This document shows, piece by piece, positions 35,659 through 45,903 of a DNA stretch of 64,000 nucleotides. The notes beneath the pieces are model-generated. The model ran no database searches. It was not told the DNA's origin and was given only the letters and a program-made list of their open reading frames with translations. The position numbers and the translations under genes are program-made. Within the stretch, counting starts at the first letter, position 1; each line of letters starts with the position of its first letter. Origin of the DNA: a virus (Duplodnaviria > Caudoviricetes); the IMG/VR virus record IMGVR_UViG_3300020710_000008, positions 291 to 64,290 of that record; one strand, given 5' to 3'.

Positions 35659-35891
35659 TATTTTAACCTCATCAAAATATCTATATCTAAAACATCTACA
35701 CCGTTGAAAAGCATATCATTGGCCACTTTTCTGGCTTTTTCTGGATTTTTACCGGCACTTATGACATCACCTATTTGTTCAAAAAAAGCTTTTCGAACAT
35801 TGGAAGGGCCTTTTTCAAAGCACATCTCCTTCCAACCACTTTCTTTTCTAGAAGCAAATCTAACTTTTAGTAGTCTCTTAAGTTCTAACAT
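35658..35891 (-). CDS. Hypothetical protein
   Basis: Stop/start overlaps with both neighbours. Confidence 0.5.
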   Translation of the reverse strand: MLELKRLLKVRFASRKESGWKEMCFEKGPSNVRKAFFEQIGDVISAGKNPEKARKVANDMLFNGVDVLDIDILMRLK

Positions 35892-36759
35892 ATTTAGTTA
35901 CCAAGCCTTCGTGAATCAACTCATCGAGAGCATCTGATTTAGCATCTCTAAGGATTATTACTGACTCATAACGAGGAACTAAGTGTAGAATAGCAGGATC
36001 AAAAATTAATCTTGAGACAATATAGCGAGAGGCCAAAGCCTTCTTTACAATGTCACCACCGGACTCTGATTGAATGGGCCATTTTAGTCTAGAAGAAGTC
36101 CATTTCCCATTTCCCTCTTCTGCCACTCCTGCCTTGTTACAAACAAGAGAAGTATCGAACATGAAAAGCTCCCCATCCAAATATGATTGAATTGCCAAGG
36201 GGGATAAATTGGATAGATTGTTGATATCGGCTAATGCCGGAGTCTTACCTAAGGGGGAAATTCTATAAGAGCTAGTCCCACGCTGCATTTCTCCCACAAT
36301 TTTAGCGTTCTTGATAAGAGCCAAATCCAGATTATACTTCTTTTCTGATTCTTCCACTCCAGGCTTGTATTTTGCCTTTTTAGCTAATGGGGATTCTTCT
36401 AAAGAGGGGTAACTAGATTCAATAGGTTTTAAATCTTCCTGCATTTTATCTAGATCAAAGGAGAGACTGCCAGTCTGTAGGTTCAAAGCGATCTGTGTGA
36501 CTAAATTGAAATCCTTGAGAATAGTGGAAAGCACGGCGGCTACTCTCTTACGATCATTGGGCAAAATAGATCCTGAATTCATGCCAGCAGCAACTAGGGC
36601 CTCATCCACAAGTTTTGTTACAAACATCTTGGCTCTAGTGGTGCGATCAAGATCAATAAAGACCTTCTCTTTAAACCACTTCACCATACTTTCTTCATCT
36701 TTCCAGACCTCTTCAATTAGCTTGGATAGAACAGCAGCCGCAGTAGTATAGATTTCCAT
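35878..36759 (-). CDS. Hypothetical protein
   Basis: 293 aa; TAATG coupling. Confidence 0.65.
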   Translation of the reverse strand: MEIYTTAAAVLSKLIEEVWKDEESMVKWFKEKVFIDLDRTTRAKMFVTKLVDEALVAAGMNSGSILPNDRKRVAAVLSTILKDFNLVTQIALNLQTGSLSFDLDKMQEDLKPIESSYPSLEESPLAKKAKYKPGVEESEKKYNLDLALIKNAKIVGEMQRGTSSYRISPLGKTPALADINNLSNLSPLAIQSYLDGELFMFDTSLVCNKAGVAEEGNGKWTSSRLKWPIQSESGGDIVKKALASRYIVSRLIFDPAILHLVPRYESVIILRDAKSDALDELIHEGLVTKYVRT

Positions 36760-37433
36760 TAGTATCTCCCAAGAGCGAATTGTAGTTGTAGATTTAACTT
36801 TTCATGACAAATTTCTACTTCATGAGGTAAAATATGCCAACGAAATCTTTGGGCTAACTTACTCAGAGTATCTGTAGCAAGATAGGCATGAACTTCATCT
36901 TCTATCACACTAGGACCATAACACCCCCAGCTTAAAAGCCTATTATGCACTGAACTACGATATTCTTCTGGTAACTGTGCAATAATAGCTTGTTGATTAG
37001 CCTTGTAGCTCTCGTTTAAATACCATAGAGCATGGGCTAATTCATGGTCTCCGGCCTTCCACGATGCCTTTTTAGCGGCATTATCGGCTGATCCAATAAG
37101 ATAGTAACGTCCAGGCAATTTAAGGCTCTTTAGATGCTCATAAACCTTCAATTCAGCGGAGGTGATAGATGGAAATTTATCATAAAATCCATCAACATAA
37201 TGACCTGGAATATTAAAGCCAGTGAAAGACCAATAAGGGTTAGCTCTGCCTCCATGAGTAGAGGGGAATGATCTCATATACTTTTTAAGACGAGAAGTGG
37301 TAAATATAGTGTCTTGAAATTTAGGGGATTCCGCATACTCTTGAGGGCGTACCAAAGCTTTTCCTAATTGTGTAAATGAATCAAAATCCAAGTGAACCAA
37401 TCCAGGAACTGGCTGAGTAGAAGTAAAACTCAT
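36759..37433 (-). CDS. HExxH metallopeptidase-like phage protein
   Basis: DHELAHALW followed by DEVHAY. Confidence 0.5.
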   Translation of the reverse strand: MSFTSTQPVPGLVHLDFDSFTQLGKALVRPQEYAESPKFQDTIFTTSRLKKYMRSFPSTHGGRANPYWSFTGFNIPGHYVDGFYDKFPSITSAELKVYEHLKSLKLPGRYYLIGSADNAAKKASWKAGDHELAHALWYLNESYKANQQAIIAQLPEEYRSSVHNRLLSWGCYGPSVIEDEVHAYLATDTLSKLAQRFRWHILPHEVEICHEKLNLQLQFALGRY

Positions 37434-37909
37434 AGTCCCTCTTGGTGAAGTAGAACTTTCAGATCCTCGATCATACTATCTAGATCCCCCCATACTGTGA
37501 CACCCTTACGGCCACAGCAGATATCCACATTGCCCTTACGATAGAAACCTTCAGGACAGCACACCATGATATCATTGTTGATATGCATACCTAGTTCAAG
37601 AAAAGTGATGGGTGCTTTGCTATCCTTAGTGAATACCACCAGGACTAAATCGCTGGCTTCAAGTCCATCTTGTTCCCAATTAACTTGTTCAGAGAACTGA
37701 GGATCAGATTTCTCCTGCTTCCATGAAGAATCCCAGTCATCTCTACGGGGATTTAAGATCAAGACCTCAAAATCTTTAAGGGCTTCAGATACCTTGACTT
37801 GCCAATCCTCAGCCGAACCCATATCAATCGCACCAGCTAGAAAGATAGTGAATTTGTCTTTAGTATATTTTCCTGGTGCTTTAACAATATCAGCCATTAA
37901 ATTCTCCAA
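37430..37909 (-). CDS. Nucleoside 2-deoxyribosyltransferase-like protein
   Basis: IFLAGAI...DWQ...LNPRR...QVNWE...L...D...PIT.LELG. Confidence 0.8.
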   Translation of the reverse strand: MENLMADIVKAPGKYTKDKFTIFLAGAIDMGSAEDWQVKVSEALKDFEVLILNPRRDDWDSSWKQEKSDPQFSEQVNWEQDGLEASDLVLVVFTKDSKAPITFLELGMHINNDIMVCCPEGFYRKGNVDICCGRKGVTVWGDLDSMIEDLKVLLHQEGL

Positions 37910-38148
37910 GCTGCTCGTTTAACAAGAGCTTCGTAAGTAGTAGCCTCTTCATCAATAGCTTGGTTTAGCAGCAACTCTAGTGCTTTAACAGCCAATGGCC
38001 CCTGGCCGGAGGCAACACAACTATCTAGAATACGAAGAATTTGAAGAGCAGATGGCTCATCATTCCAGTTCTTTTTGATGTCTTCTTTGATACTGGGATC
38101 TAACTGGTTATCGGGGCATTCTAGCATTATAGCTTTCATAGTTTGCAT
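37897..38148 (-). CDS. Hypothetical protein
   Basis: Operon packing. Confidence 0.55.
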   Translation of the reverse strand: MQTMKAIMLECPDNQLDPSIKEDIKKNWNDEPSALQILRILDSCVASGQGPLAVKALELLLNQAIDEEATTYEALVKRAAWRI

Positions 38149-39156
38149 TTAATACTCGCACAATTCTTTGATCAAGGAAGCCAAGATAGGCTCATCTTTG
38201 CATAATGATTCAATTACGACAATTGGATCATCGCTAATAATCTCATCCACAGATTCGTTCATATCACTAAAAAATTTTCGAACTTCAGAATTGTCTTTTG
38301 ATTTTTCAATCACTTTATCCTCAGTTCTAAATGCTTGAGCAATTGGTAAACAGGGCACCTCTACTTCTTTAATACGGGCTTTTTCAGCAGTAAATGTAAG
38401 AATTGAAGTTACAATTTTTCGCTCTGTCTCATCACTAGACAGAGCGGCTCTAGCTAATGAACCAAGATTAATATGTGTAACATTTCCAACTGTAGCTGTC
38501 TCAGTTCTAGTATGGTCATGTCCCCATAGCAATAGGTCGAAGTCTATGTCTTTCAATTGATTGTATCCAACGGTCCATTCTCCAAAACGTTCCCTTGAGT
38601 CCCCAGGAACTCCTGAAGCATGGACAATACCTAGTCTATAATCCACATCAGGATGCCTATCGCCTGAGTTCAAGAGAGCAGCCATAGTCTCCACTCCTCC
38701 TGCGTAATCAAATGTCTCTACACTGACCTTTACACTTTCATCCTCATTGGTAAAAATAACAGGCTCGTGATTAAGGAGATGACATACTCCGGCCTCAATC
38801 AAGACGCCGAGAGGCTGGCTAGGAATTGTGTCCATCCTATCAAACTGGATGTCATGGTTACCCGCAGCAGAGTAAATTTTGCCAGTTGGGTAGGACCCAA
38901 ACATACGAATGGTCTCATTAATCATATTTAGGCTATTAGCCTTAGAATGACTACCTTTGATATGGAATATATCCCCACCACATAGGCACACACCATTTAC
39001 TTTTTCAGTAAGTTCTCTTACAAAATCTAGCTTCCTGAATATTTGACTACGATAAGCATCAGATCGTCTACCGGGAGCAACCGCAGACAAATGAATATCA
39101 GTAATCCATGTGAAAACTACACTAGAATTAGGTAGTTTTATAACCCTGTAATTCAT
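38149..39156 (-). CDS. sbcD: SbcD/Mre11-like nuclease
   Basis: TDIHL, GGDIFH, GNHD, GHDH, NLGSLAR; SbcC homologs nearby. Confidence 0.85.
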   Translation of the reverse strand: MNYRVIKLPNSSVVFTWITDIHLSAVAPGRRSDAYRSQIFRKLDFVRELTEKVNGVCLCGGDIFHIKGSHSKANSLNMINETIRMFGSYPTGKIYSAAGNHDIQFDRMDTIPSQPLGVLIEAGVCHLLNHEPVIFTNEDESVKVSVETFDYAGGVETMAALLNSGDRHPDVDYRLGIVHASGVPGDSRERFGEWTVGYNQLKDIDFDLLLWGHDHTRTETATVGNVTHINLGSLARAALSSDETERKIVTSILTFTAEKARIKEVEVPCLPIAQAFRTEDKVIEKSKDNSEVRKFFSDMNESVDEIISDDPIVVIESLCKDEPILASLIKELCEY

Positions 39157-39547
39157 TTGATTCCTGTTCAGTTGTTAGAAATTTTGCAAATTTTTCATCT
39201 TCTTCGTTAATATGAACTTGTAGCAAATTTTTTAATTCGGATAAATCTTGGCAAAACACAGGAGTTGAGGATGACAGGATCTTTCCAAAATAGTCTTGAA
39301 TACCCTCATGGATACCCTCATGTTCTTTGGCCTCTGGGAAACCACAAATTCGCATGTAGGATTCCTCATCCTCGAAATTGGTGGTTAAATGGGCCACAAA
39401 ATCTGACATAGCCTTAGCTCTGCTAGCTTCGCACATAGGCAAAGTATCAAGTAAACCCATCATAGCCTTATGCTCTGCATTAAGGTCAGTTAGCATCTTC
39501 ATTCTGATCTGCATGTTTTTTCTCCAGGGCTTTTGTGGCAGAAGCAA
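39128..39547 (-). CDS. Hemerythrin-like protein
   Basis: EHK, NFEDEE.YM...FP...EH...H, HI.EED; the true start is probably downstream of 39547. Confidence 0.75.
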   Translation of the reverse strand: MLLPQKPWRKNMQIRMKMLTDLNAEHKAMMGLLDTLPMCEASRAKAMSDFVAHLTTNFEDEESYMRICGFPEAKEHEGIHEGIQDYFGKILSSSTPVFCQDLSELKNLLQVHINEEDEKFAKFLTTEQESNELQGYKTT

Positions 39548-39776
39548 TAAGTTTATCGGCCCCCTTATATGTTTCTTCTAAAATTGAAGATCCCATTTTG
39601 TTTAAGAGGTATCTTAATTGTGCCACGGTTTTTAAGAACTCTTCTTCGGTTACTAGATTCTTTTTATCAAAATGAATCTCTACTTCAGCGGAGTCACACA
39701 AAGCTTCATCGGAGGAAGTGGAGAAATTAATATCACGCTTCCCGCGCCTGAAGTTAACTACAAGTTTAGTCGCCAT
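39486..39776 (-). CDS. Hypothetical protein
   Basis: Operon packing. Confidence 0.5.
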   Translation of the reverse strand: MATKLVVNFRRGKRDINFSTSSDEALCDSAEVEIHFDKKNLVTEEEFLKTVAQLRYLLNKMGSSILEETYKGADKLIASATKALEKKHADQNEDAN

Positions 39777-40212
39777 TTAGATTCATATAGGAGGCTACAA
39801 CAGTTAGCTGCCCCTTAAGAAAATTAGAGTCTTTAGCTAGAAGTAGTAGCCAAGGCACAGATGGAACGGATTCAATTTCTAGCTCTGGAGCCCCTACTGT
39901 CCACCATTCTAATTCTTCATCAGTGGTAGTACGAGCGGATTTAAACGCAGATTGACTTATCAGAGAAAAGCAATGAACAACAAAATCTTCACTACCTAGA
40001 ATTCCAAGGGGTCTCCAACCATCTTCAGAAACAAAGACACCCGCCTCTTCAACAAACTCTCTGGACATAGCTTGAACAGGGGTTTCCCCCTCTTCAATTT
40101 TTCCACCAATACCATTGAGTAATCCTGATTGCCATTCAGGGTGATTCTTTCTAATGAGTAACACAGAATTCATGGTCTCATTAAATACAAATCCAACAAC
40201 ATACTCGTTCAT
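39766..40212 (-). CDS. Nudix hydrolase
   Basis: GGKIEEGETPVQAMSREFVEEAG Nudix box. Confidence 0.9.
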   Translation of the reverse strand: MNEYVVGFVFNETMNSVLLIRKNHPEWQSGLLNGIGGKIEEGETPVQAMSREFVEEAGVFVSEDGWRPLGILGSEDFVVHCFSLISQSAFKSARTTTDEELEWWTVGAPELEIESVPSVPWLLLLAKDSNFLKGQLTVVASYMNLNGD

Positions 40213-40490
40213 CGTAGAGCCTCCAATTTTGTGAATAAGCTCTCTACTTCAGAGAGCCCTTCTGATAATTTATTCTTTTTACTCTCTAGTTCGGCTAAGA
40301 GCTTCTTTGATAATTCGTTTAGCTCTTCTTCAGACATAGTGGCAACATCATAACCCTCACCTTTGAGGCTATCGAGTATTTCTGTTACTTTATGTTCTTC
40401 TACAGCAAGAAGTTTTTTAAATTCATCTTGCTTTTTAGTGAGAGTTAGGACCTTTTTATTGAGGTCAGCGATTTCTTCATTGATGCCCAT
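40209..40490 (-). CDS. Small coiled-coil protein
   Basis: Heptad pattern; ATG 40490 after AGGAG. Confidence 0.6.
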   Translation of the reverse strand: MGINEEIADLNKKVLTLTKKQDEFKKLLAVEEHKVTEILDSLKGEGYDVATMSEEELNELSKKLLAELESKKNKLSEGLSEVESLFTKLEALR

Positions 40491-41652
40491 GTTTTTCTCC
40501 TGTGTTGAAATAGTGACCGCAATTAGGACATTGGACACCATCGTTTTGTAACTCGACTAAACGGTCAGTCAATAGCTGATACTCACTATTGAACTCAGAT
40601 ATCTTAATTTTCAAATTTTTCTGGGACTCCATAGATTCAAGGTAATTAGTTACCATAGTTAACAAGGTCTTGATGCCTTGAAGTTTTTCTATATTTTGAA
40701 TCCATTTATCACTATTAACTTTAGTTATTGCTCTAAAAGATTTGGCTTTATTGACTGATGTAGTATACTTATTAACTTTTGGAATTAACTCCATTAATTT
40801 AATAATACTAGCTGTACGAGGAATTTCAATAGAGGCCCCATTTAGGTAGTTATTTCTAGAATTGGCTGATCTTATGTAATTTCTAATAAGTCTGGCATGA
40901 TATAAAGCACTCTCTAGTTCATCAAGAGATGGGATAGGTCGCTTGATTCCGCTAAGAGCCCCCACTTTACGTTTAACAAGAGCAAGATGCTCTAAACTAT
41001 TTAGAGTGGCTTCTAAAGTATCACACTGTTCTGATAGGGCCTCTAGGGGCTTTGTGGCTTCATCAAATTCCGTTACTAATGAGGCTAACAATGCTCTTTT
41101 AAGTTCAGATTCTTGAATATCTGTGGCTATATATTTAGCAGTAGAAGTGAGTTCTGCATTCTTCAAAGAGGCTTGCTTCTTACCGGAGTTCAATTTCTCA
41201 GTAGAAGAGAATAAACCGAAGATTGCGTTAAGCTCATTGGGGCTTAGTTCCAACATGAATTGTTGACCAAATTGGCCAGCAAAAATAGGGTCCAATTTTA
41301 CCCCGCCTATATCCACAGAGCCACACTTAAGATCCTCCATAGCAGGAGGAATTCCGCCAGCTAATTTAGAAAATTCAGCATCTCCAATAGTGTAATTAGT
41401 GGTCTTAGCGTTTCTGGATAGGGCTATAACTTCACCTTCTTCTGGTTCCAGGGTTATATTAACCTCTTTCTCCCCATAGGTGATATGATTAGCTCCTACT
41501 TCATTCCTTAGAATCCCTCTAAGAGAACGTAGAATGGCCGACTTTCCACGATCCGAAGGCCCCACAATAACTGTGAAACCTTTAACGGATAGATGGAAAC
41601 TCTTCCAAGACTGGAAATGTCTACCAGATAGCTTAAATGACTTTCCCAGCAT
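40477..41652 (-). CDS. sbcC: SbcC/Rad50-like ATPase, N-terminal half (Walker A, coiled coil, Zn hook)
   Basis: FQSW, VGPSDRGKSAILR, GQF Q-loop, terminal CPNCG; no Walker B. Confidence 0.8.
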   Translation of the reverse strand: MLGKSFKLSGRHFQSWKSFHLSVKGFTVIVGPSDRGKSAILRSLRGILRNEVGANHITYGEKEVNITLEPEEGEVIALSRNAKTTNYTIGDAEFSKLAGGIPPAMEDLKCGSVDIGGVKLDPIFAGQFGQQFMLELSPNELNAIFGLFSSTEKLNSGKKQASLKNAELTSTAKYIATDIQESELKRALLASLVTEFDEATKPLEALSEQCDTLEATLNSLEHLALVKRKVGALSGIKRPIPSLDELESALYHARLIRNYIRSANSRNNYLNGASIEIPRTASIIKLMELIPKVNKYTTSVNKAKSFRAITKVNSDKWIQNIEKLQGIKTLLTMVTNYLESMESQKNLKIKISEFNSEYQLLTDRLVELQNDGVQCPNCGHYFNTGEKHGHQ

Positions 41653-42470
41653 TAATTGCTCCAAGTGTTTGGAAGTTTGAGCAAACTGGGGTTAGCCTCA
41701 AGCTTTTTGAATTCTTCGTACCTATCTACCAGATGAGCAAGAGGCTCTAACGTTCCAATAGTCCATCTAGTATAATTCTTATCCCCAAGCATTAAGGCGT
41801 GGAGCAAACCGACAGCGGGATCTGGACCCAGATCAAATTGTATGGAGGACAGATAAATAGTTTTGGGTAGGTCCGTCCTATAAGCAGAAGCCAAGGGATT
41901 AGCCTTAGTTCTATCATTTGACAAGAAGCTATGTCCAAAAGCTAAGCAATAACCCTTGGGGAGACAGAAAAAGAATTCGTTTTCTCTTTTTGTGGAGTAA
42001 AGGGTATAAGGGATAGGTTTCTTAATTGGTGTCTTATTAGACATTCTATTAGCTTTTTCTACCCATTCGGAGTCTTCAGGGACTAAAAGATTCTGACTTC
42101 CATCTCTCACAAAACGAAAAGTTCCTGAAATTTCTCCACCAGGGCTAATAGTTTTTCTTTTGAAAATATCCAACATAACACGTTCACGAAGATCGTATAT
42201 ATGACCATATTGATCCACTACTTTATAAGCTTTTCCACCTTCTTCTCTAGATTCAAGATCAATAATACGAAGAATAAAACCGCCATTCAATATTGTTTTG
42301 AATGGCATCTTATTGCAAGACCAGCCTCTTGCTCTTTCATTTAATTGAATATCATCTGAATCTACAGCAAAAGAAGAACGAGCCTTAATAGTTGAGCCAA
42401 GAACAGGACTATTATATACGTCCTTTACTTGGCTATATACATTTAAATGAGAGGGATTAGGATTGCTCAT
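41652..42470 (-). CDS. Hypothetical protein
   Basis: 272 aa; coupled at both ends. Confidence 0.65.
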   Translation of the reverse strand: MSNPNPSHLNVYSQVKDVYNSPVLGSTIKARSSFAVDSDDIQLNERARGWSCNKMPFKTILNGGFILRIIDLESREEGGKAYKVVDQYGHIYDLRERVMLDIFKRKTISPGGEISGTFRFVRDGSQNLLVPEDSEWVEKANRMSNKTPIKKPIPYTLYSTKRENEFFFCLPKGYCLAFGHSFLSNDRTKANPLASAYRTDLPKTIYLSSIQFDLGPDPAVGLLHALMLGDKNYTRWTIGTLEPLAHLVDRYEEFKKLEANPSLLKLPNTWSN

Positions 42471-42940
42471 CTGACTCTCTGACCATTAACATATAATTGA
42501 GTGCCAGGAATACCTTGAGTTCCTTTAGTTTCAGGATACACAATTACACCAGAGCGAAGTGGAGTAGGAACCCATTTGATTTCAGGAAGTTTAGTGCAAC
42601 TAGTAATAGCGTCACTTAAAATATTAGTATCAAAAACAAATGCCGTATCTCCAATTACTAAAGTATTCTGGCCAGTTTGATCAGTAACAATAATCAACTT
42701 ACCCGGAGGATCATCATTACCTACAATGTATTGCTCTACGCTGTACTGGTGTCCATTCCCCGCTGGAGCCCTTCTGATGGCCTCCTGGATATCAAAGGCG
42801 GGAAGTCTACCAGTAGAAGCCAGGATAGGCCCTACAGCCTTATCCTGGACATCTATGGTAACAGTGAGATTTTCTCCACTAGTAACAGTAAGGATATACT
42901 CACTGGCTCTTATTTTAATTCTAACACTAGACTCTAACAT
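42467..42940 (-). CDS. Hypothetical protein
   Basis: GGGGA SD downstream of recA. Confidence 0.6.
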   Translation of the reverse strand: MLESSVRIKIRASEYILTVTSGENLTVTIDVQDKAVGPILASTGRLPAFDIQEAIRRAPAGNGHQYSVEQYIVGNDDPPGKLIIVTDQTGQNTLVIGDTAFVFDTNILSDAITSCTKLPEIKWVPTPLRSGVIVYPETKGTQGIPGTQLYVNGQRVR

Positions 42941-42949
42941 GAGTCCCCC

Positions 42950-44209
42950 TTATAGGTCATCATCGTCAAAAGCGGTGACGCGAACTACATTTTCTTCTTC
43001 TTCAACGCTTTCAGAGTCACCAGCTAAGAATTTATCATTTTGAGTAATTTCAGTTGAATAACCACCCTTATCCTCTTCAATTGCGGCGGCTACAAGAACC
43101 TTTAAACGAGCCAAAACTTCAAAATCAGGCTCGGTTACTAGATTACGAATAGCTTCATCCTGAGAGTCGTAGGTAGCAATAGGCTTGTCCTCATTACCCA
43201 CAATATACTTCTTACCCTTATTTTTGATAAGGCCATAGTTACGAGCTAGCTCACGAACAGAAATCCAGTCATCTAGGCCGAACCCAGGACGAAGCCAAAG
43301 ATGATACTCACGATAACCACCAGTGGTGGCCTTGTTCTTGATTATACGAACTTTAACCTTAGTGGCAACATAGTCACCCTTATTATCACCCGGTTCTAGA
43401 ATAAAAGGATCTGGAGTTCCCGTAGCACTCTTGTAACCACCGGCCCTATAAGCCTTAGCTACATTAACTTCAATAGACACGGAAGGGATAAAACGAACTG
43501 AATTGCCTCCAGGCATAGTATAAGCTAGATTGGTGATAGAAGGGTATTTAACGGCTTGCATTGCTTCTTGGGTCATCTCAATTCTAGCACGAATCTGGTT
43601 AACCATGAGGAACAAGCAATCGTACTTCATAGCATAGGGCATGAGAATATCAAAGAACTTCTGCATACCTCTAGCATGTTCACCAACCTGAGCCTTCATA
43701 GCCTGACCACTCATGATGTCTTTTTCATCCACCATAGACTTCATACGAGGAATAGAATCAAATACGAATAGCTTAACTCCGGCCTTCATAAACACGATGG
43801 TTTGCTTGATAGCCTCATCCATGCTATTAGGTCTGTAGACAGCCAGAGCAGAGCGACTAGTGTCTACTCCGATGTCACGAAGATAATTACCTGTGCAAGT
43901 TCCCTCAAAATCGAAGATAACAACAGGCTCATCCTCGGACTTTTGATAAGCCTTAACGAATGAGTAGCAGAGTGTGGACTTACCGCCGTGTTCCTTACCA
44001 TGAATATGATAAACACGACCACCACGAGGAAGGCCCTTTAAGCGGAGTACGTTATCAAATACGATTGAGTTAGTGGGAGTGAATCTCTCATCAACATCGC
44101 ACTTTAGGACAGTTGGGCCATCCTCCCCCATGATGCTCAAAGCCTCTAGAAATGAGGACTTAACATCTTTTGAATCAAATGTTGCGTTTCTTAAAGTCTT
44201 CTTTGCCAT
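42950..44209 (-). CDS. recA: RecA/UvsX-like recombinase
   Basis: GLP.GGR...I.GKE.GGKST, FDFEG, VFDSI, NQIR, PGGN..RF..S, KNK. Confidence 0.92.
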   Translation of the reverse strand: MAKKTLRNATFDSKDVKSSFLEALSIMGEDGPTVLKCDVDERFTPTNSIVFDNVLRLKGLPRGGRVYHIHGKEHGGKSTLCYSFVKAYQKSEDEPVVIFDFEGTCTGNYLRDIGVDTSRSALAVYRPNSMDEAIKQTIVFMKAGVKLFVFDSIPRMKSMVDEKDIMSGQAMKAQVGEHARGMQKFFDILMPYAMKYDCLFLMVNQIRARIEMTQEAMQAVKYPSITNLAYTMPGGNSVRFIPSVSIEVNVAKAYRAGGYKSATGTPDPFILEPGDNKGDYVATKVKVRIIKNKATTGGYREYHLWLRPGFGLDDWISVRELARNYGLIKNKGKKYIVGNEDKPIATYDSQDEAIRNLVTEPDFEVLARLKVLVAAAIEEDKGGYSTEITQNDKFLAGDSESVEEEENVVRVTAFDDDDL

Positions 44210-44218
44210 ATCTACTCC

Positions 44219-45022
44219 TTAGATGGTTACGGTGATTTTAGTTAGTCTTTTCTTGGGTGGGACTCGTGCATCTTTAACACTAATACTGTAAACGGTAGGA
44301 GCAAATACAAACCAATAAGCAGGATTGTAAATAATCCCCTTCTTGACCATTCTTTCATTCCTGCCTTTACCCTTTTTAACATCTGTGAAATCAAATAGAG
44401 CAGCGGAAATTTTATCCGGCACATCATCAATTTCTTTACCCATTAACATATCTGATAAATATCTGCCGAATTGGGCTAGAAGGATAGCATCACAGGCATC
44501 TGAGTCAATACCTGGGAAGTCATCGGCTGGAGCATAATCATGGGATTTTGCTATATTTTCGTGTTTGTTATTTCCTTTAGCGGTCAGACCTAAGCATGAC
44601 CTCATGGTCATGGCGTTTACATGCATGACACAAATTTTAGAATAATCAGAACGATCCCTTATTTCTGACAACACCTTAGCATGGATGATTTTATTAATGG
44701 TATTTAAGTAGTCATTCCCAGGTGTTGGAGCCTCCATGACTATGATTAAGCCAGCATCCATAGCCCCGTTTTTCAGGACAGACTCAGTGATGTAATTGGC
44801 CATCATAACGGATCTAATCCAAGATGGAGCCTTTGAGTCATCAGGCTTTAAAGAGTTAATTGCAGTCCAAGTATAGGTATCTTTATTATTATCCATAATA
44901 GCTAGCCCTGTCCTACTAAGAGAGGGATCAATCCCTACAATAGTCCAGGAGATTTCATCGAATTCTGGTGGTAACTTTATTCTATCTTTTACACTTGGTT
45001 TTGGCTTTGCTACTTTGGCCAT
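44219..45022 (-). CDS. ruvC: RuvC-like Holliday junction resolvase
   Basis: VGIDPSLSRTG, VMEAP, DACDA. Confidence 0.75.
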   Translation of the reverse strand: MAKVAKPKPSVKDRIKLPPEFDEISWTIVGIDPSLSRTGLAIMDNNKDTYTWTAINSLKPDDSKAPSWIRSVMMANYITESVLKNGAMDAGLIIVMEAPTPGNDYLNTINKIIHAKVLSEIRDRSDYSKICVMHVNAMTMRSCLGLTAKGNNKHENIAKSHDYAPADDFPGIDSDACDAILLAQFGRYLSDMLMGKEIDDVPDKISAALFDFTDVKKGKGRNERMVKKGIIYNPAYWFVFAPTVYSISVKDARVPPKKRLTKITVTI

Positions 45023-45031
45023 GATTACCTC

Positions 45032-45073
45032 AAAAAATTGAGGCTATTGGATAAACGTCATCCAATAGCCTCA
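45032..45073 (-). terminator. Intrinsic terminator after the SSB-like gene
   Basis: 14-bp perfect stem TGAGGCTATTGGAT/ATCCAATAGCCTCA, 7-nt loop, followed by AUUUUUU on the minus strand. Confidence 0.8.
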
Positions 45074-45088
45074 GCACTATTATGGGAA

Positions 45089-45844
45089 TTACAAATCTTG
45101 ATTATCCCCATCTTCATCGCCATCGCTACCAATGGAAGAAATCAAAGCCTTCCATTCAAGCGGCGATAGTCTCTTACCAAGCTTTTTGGTCAATAGCACA
45201 CCATCTTCAAACTTGGCACAAGCTGCCTTAATTTCATCGGTAAGGCCCTTCTTCTTCCAACGAGCCTCAGAGGAAGCACGGCTAAACTTGTAGCCAATGC
45301 CATTCTCACGATGGGTCATAACAATATCAAAACCAGTGACATGCTCATCTTCCTGCACTAGAGCGGAGATATCCGAGAAATTGGTCTGAGAGAGATTAAC
45401 ATACTTGATCTCATACTCAGTAGCTTCAACTTCCTTGGTGTACTTTCCGGTCTTGGAGTTCGCGTTAGTGTAGTGAACCACCACAGCTACGAACTGGAGG
45501 TTTGGCTTGCCCAATGACTTGCAGCAAAGTCCCTCACCCTCATCAGAAGTAGTGCAACGGAAAGTGCCCTTCTTGTCAATGTAGTGATTGTGTGCTTTCT
45601 TGGTCTTCAAGAAAGGGACGATGGCAAAACGAGAGGCTGAACCCTTCTCAGGACGAAGACGGTCTAGACCATCCCCACGATACATGAGCTTTTCATCACC
45701 AAACTCGCAGTCATCGTCATCACTAACAACAACGTCAACCTTTTTCTTGTCCTTAGAAGAGAAATCATCATCATCTTCGATAGGCTTCTTACCCTTACCC
45801 TTTTGAACTACAACTTCCTCTTCGTCTTCAAACTTCTGCGCCAT
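45089..45844 (-). CDS. Putative single-stranded DNA-binding protein (gp32-like)
   Basis: Located beside recA/ruvC; H..C..CC cluster, aromatic core, acidic tail DGDEDGDNQDL, strong SD. Confidence 0.6.
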   Translation of the reverse strand: MAQKFEDEEEVVVQKGKGKKPIEDDDDFSSKDKKKVDVVVSDDDDCEFGDEKLMYRGDGLDRLRPEKGSASRFAIVPFLKTKKAHNHYIDKKGTFRCTTSDEGEGLCCKSLGKPNLQFVAVVVHYTNANSKTGKYTKEVEATEYEIKYVNLSQTNFSDISALVQEDEHVTGFDIVMTHRENGIGYKFSRASSEARWKKKGLTDEIKAACAKFEDGVLLTKKLGKRLSPLEWKALISSIGSDGDEDGDNQDL

Positions 45845-45903
45845 TTATGGCCTCCTTGTTAGATAATACTGGTTTTTTGAACTTTAAATTTGACAACGAT
45901 TGT

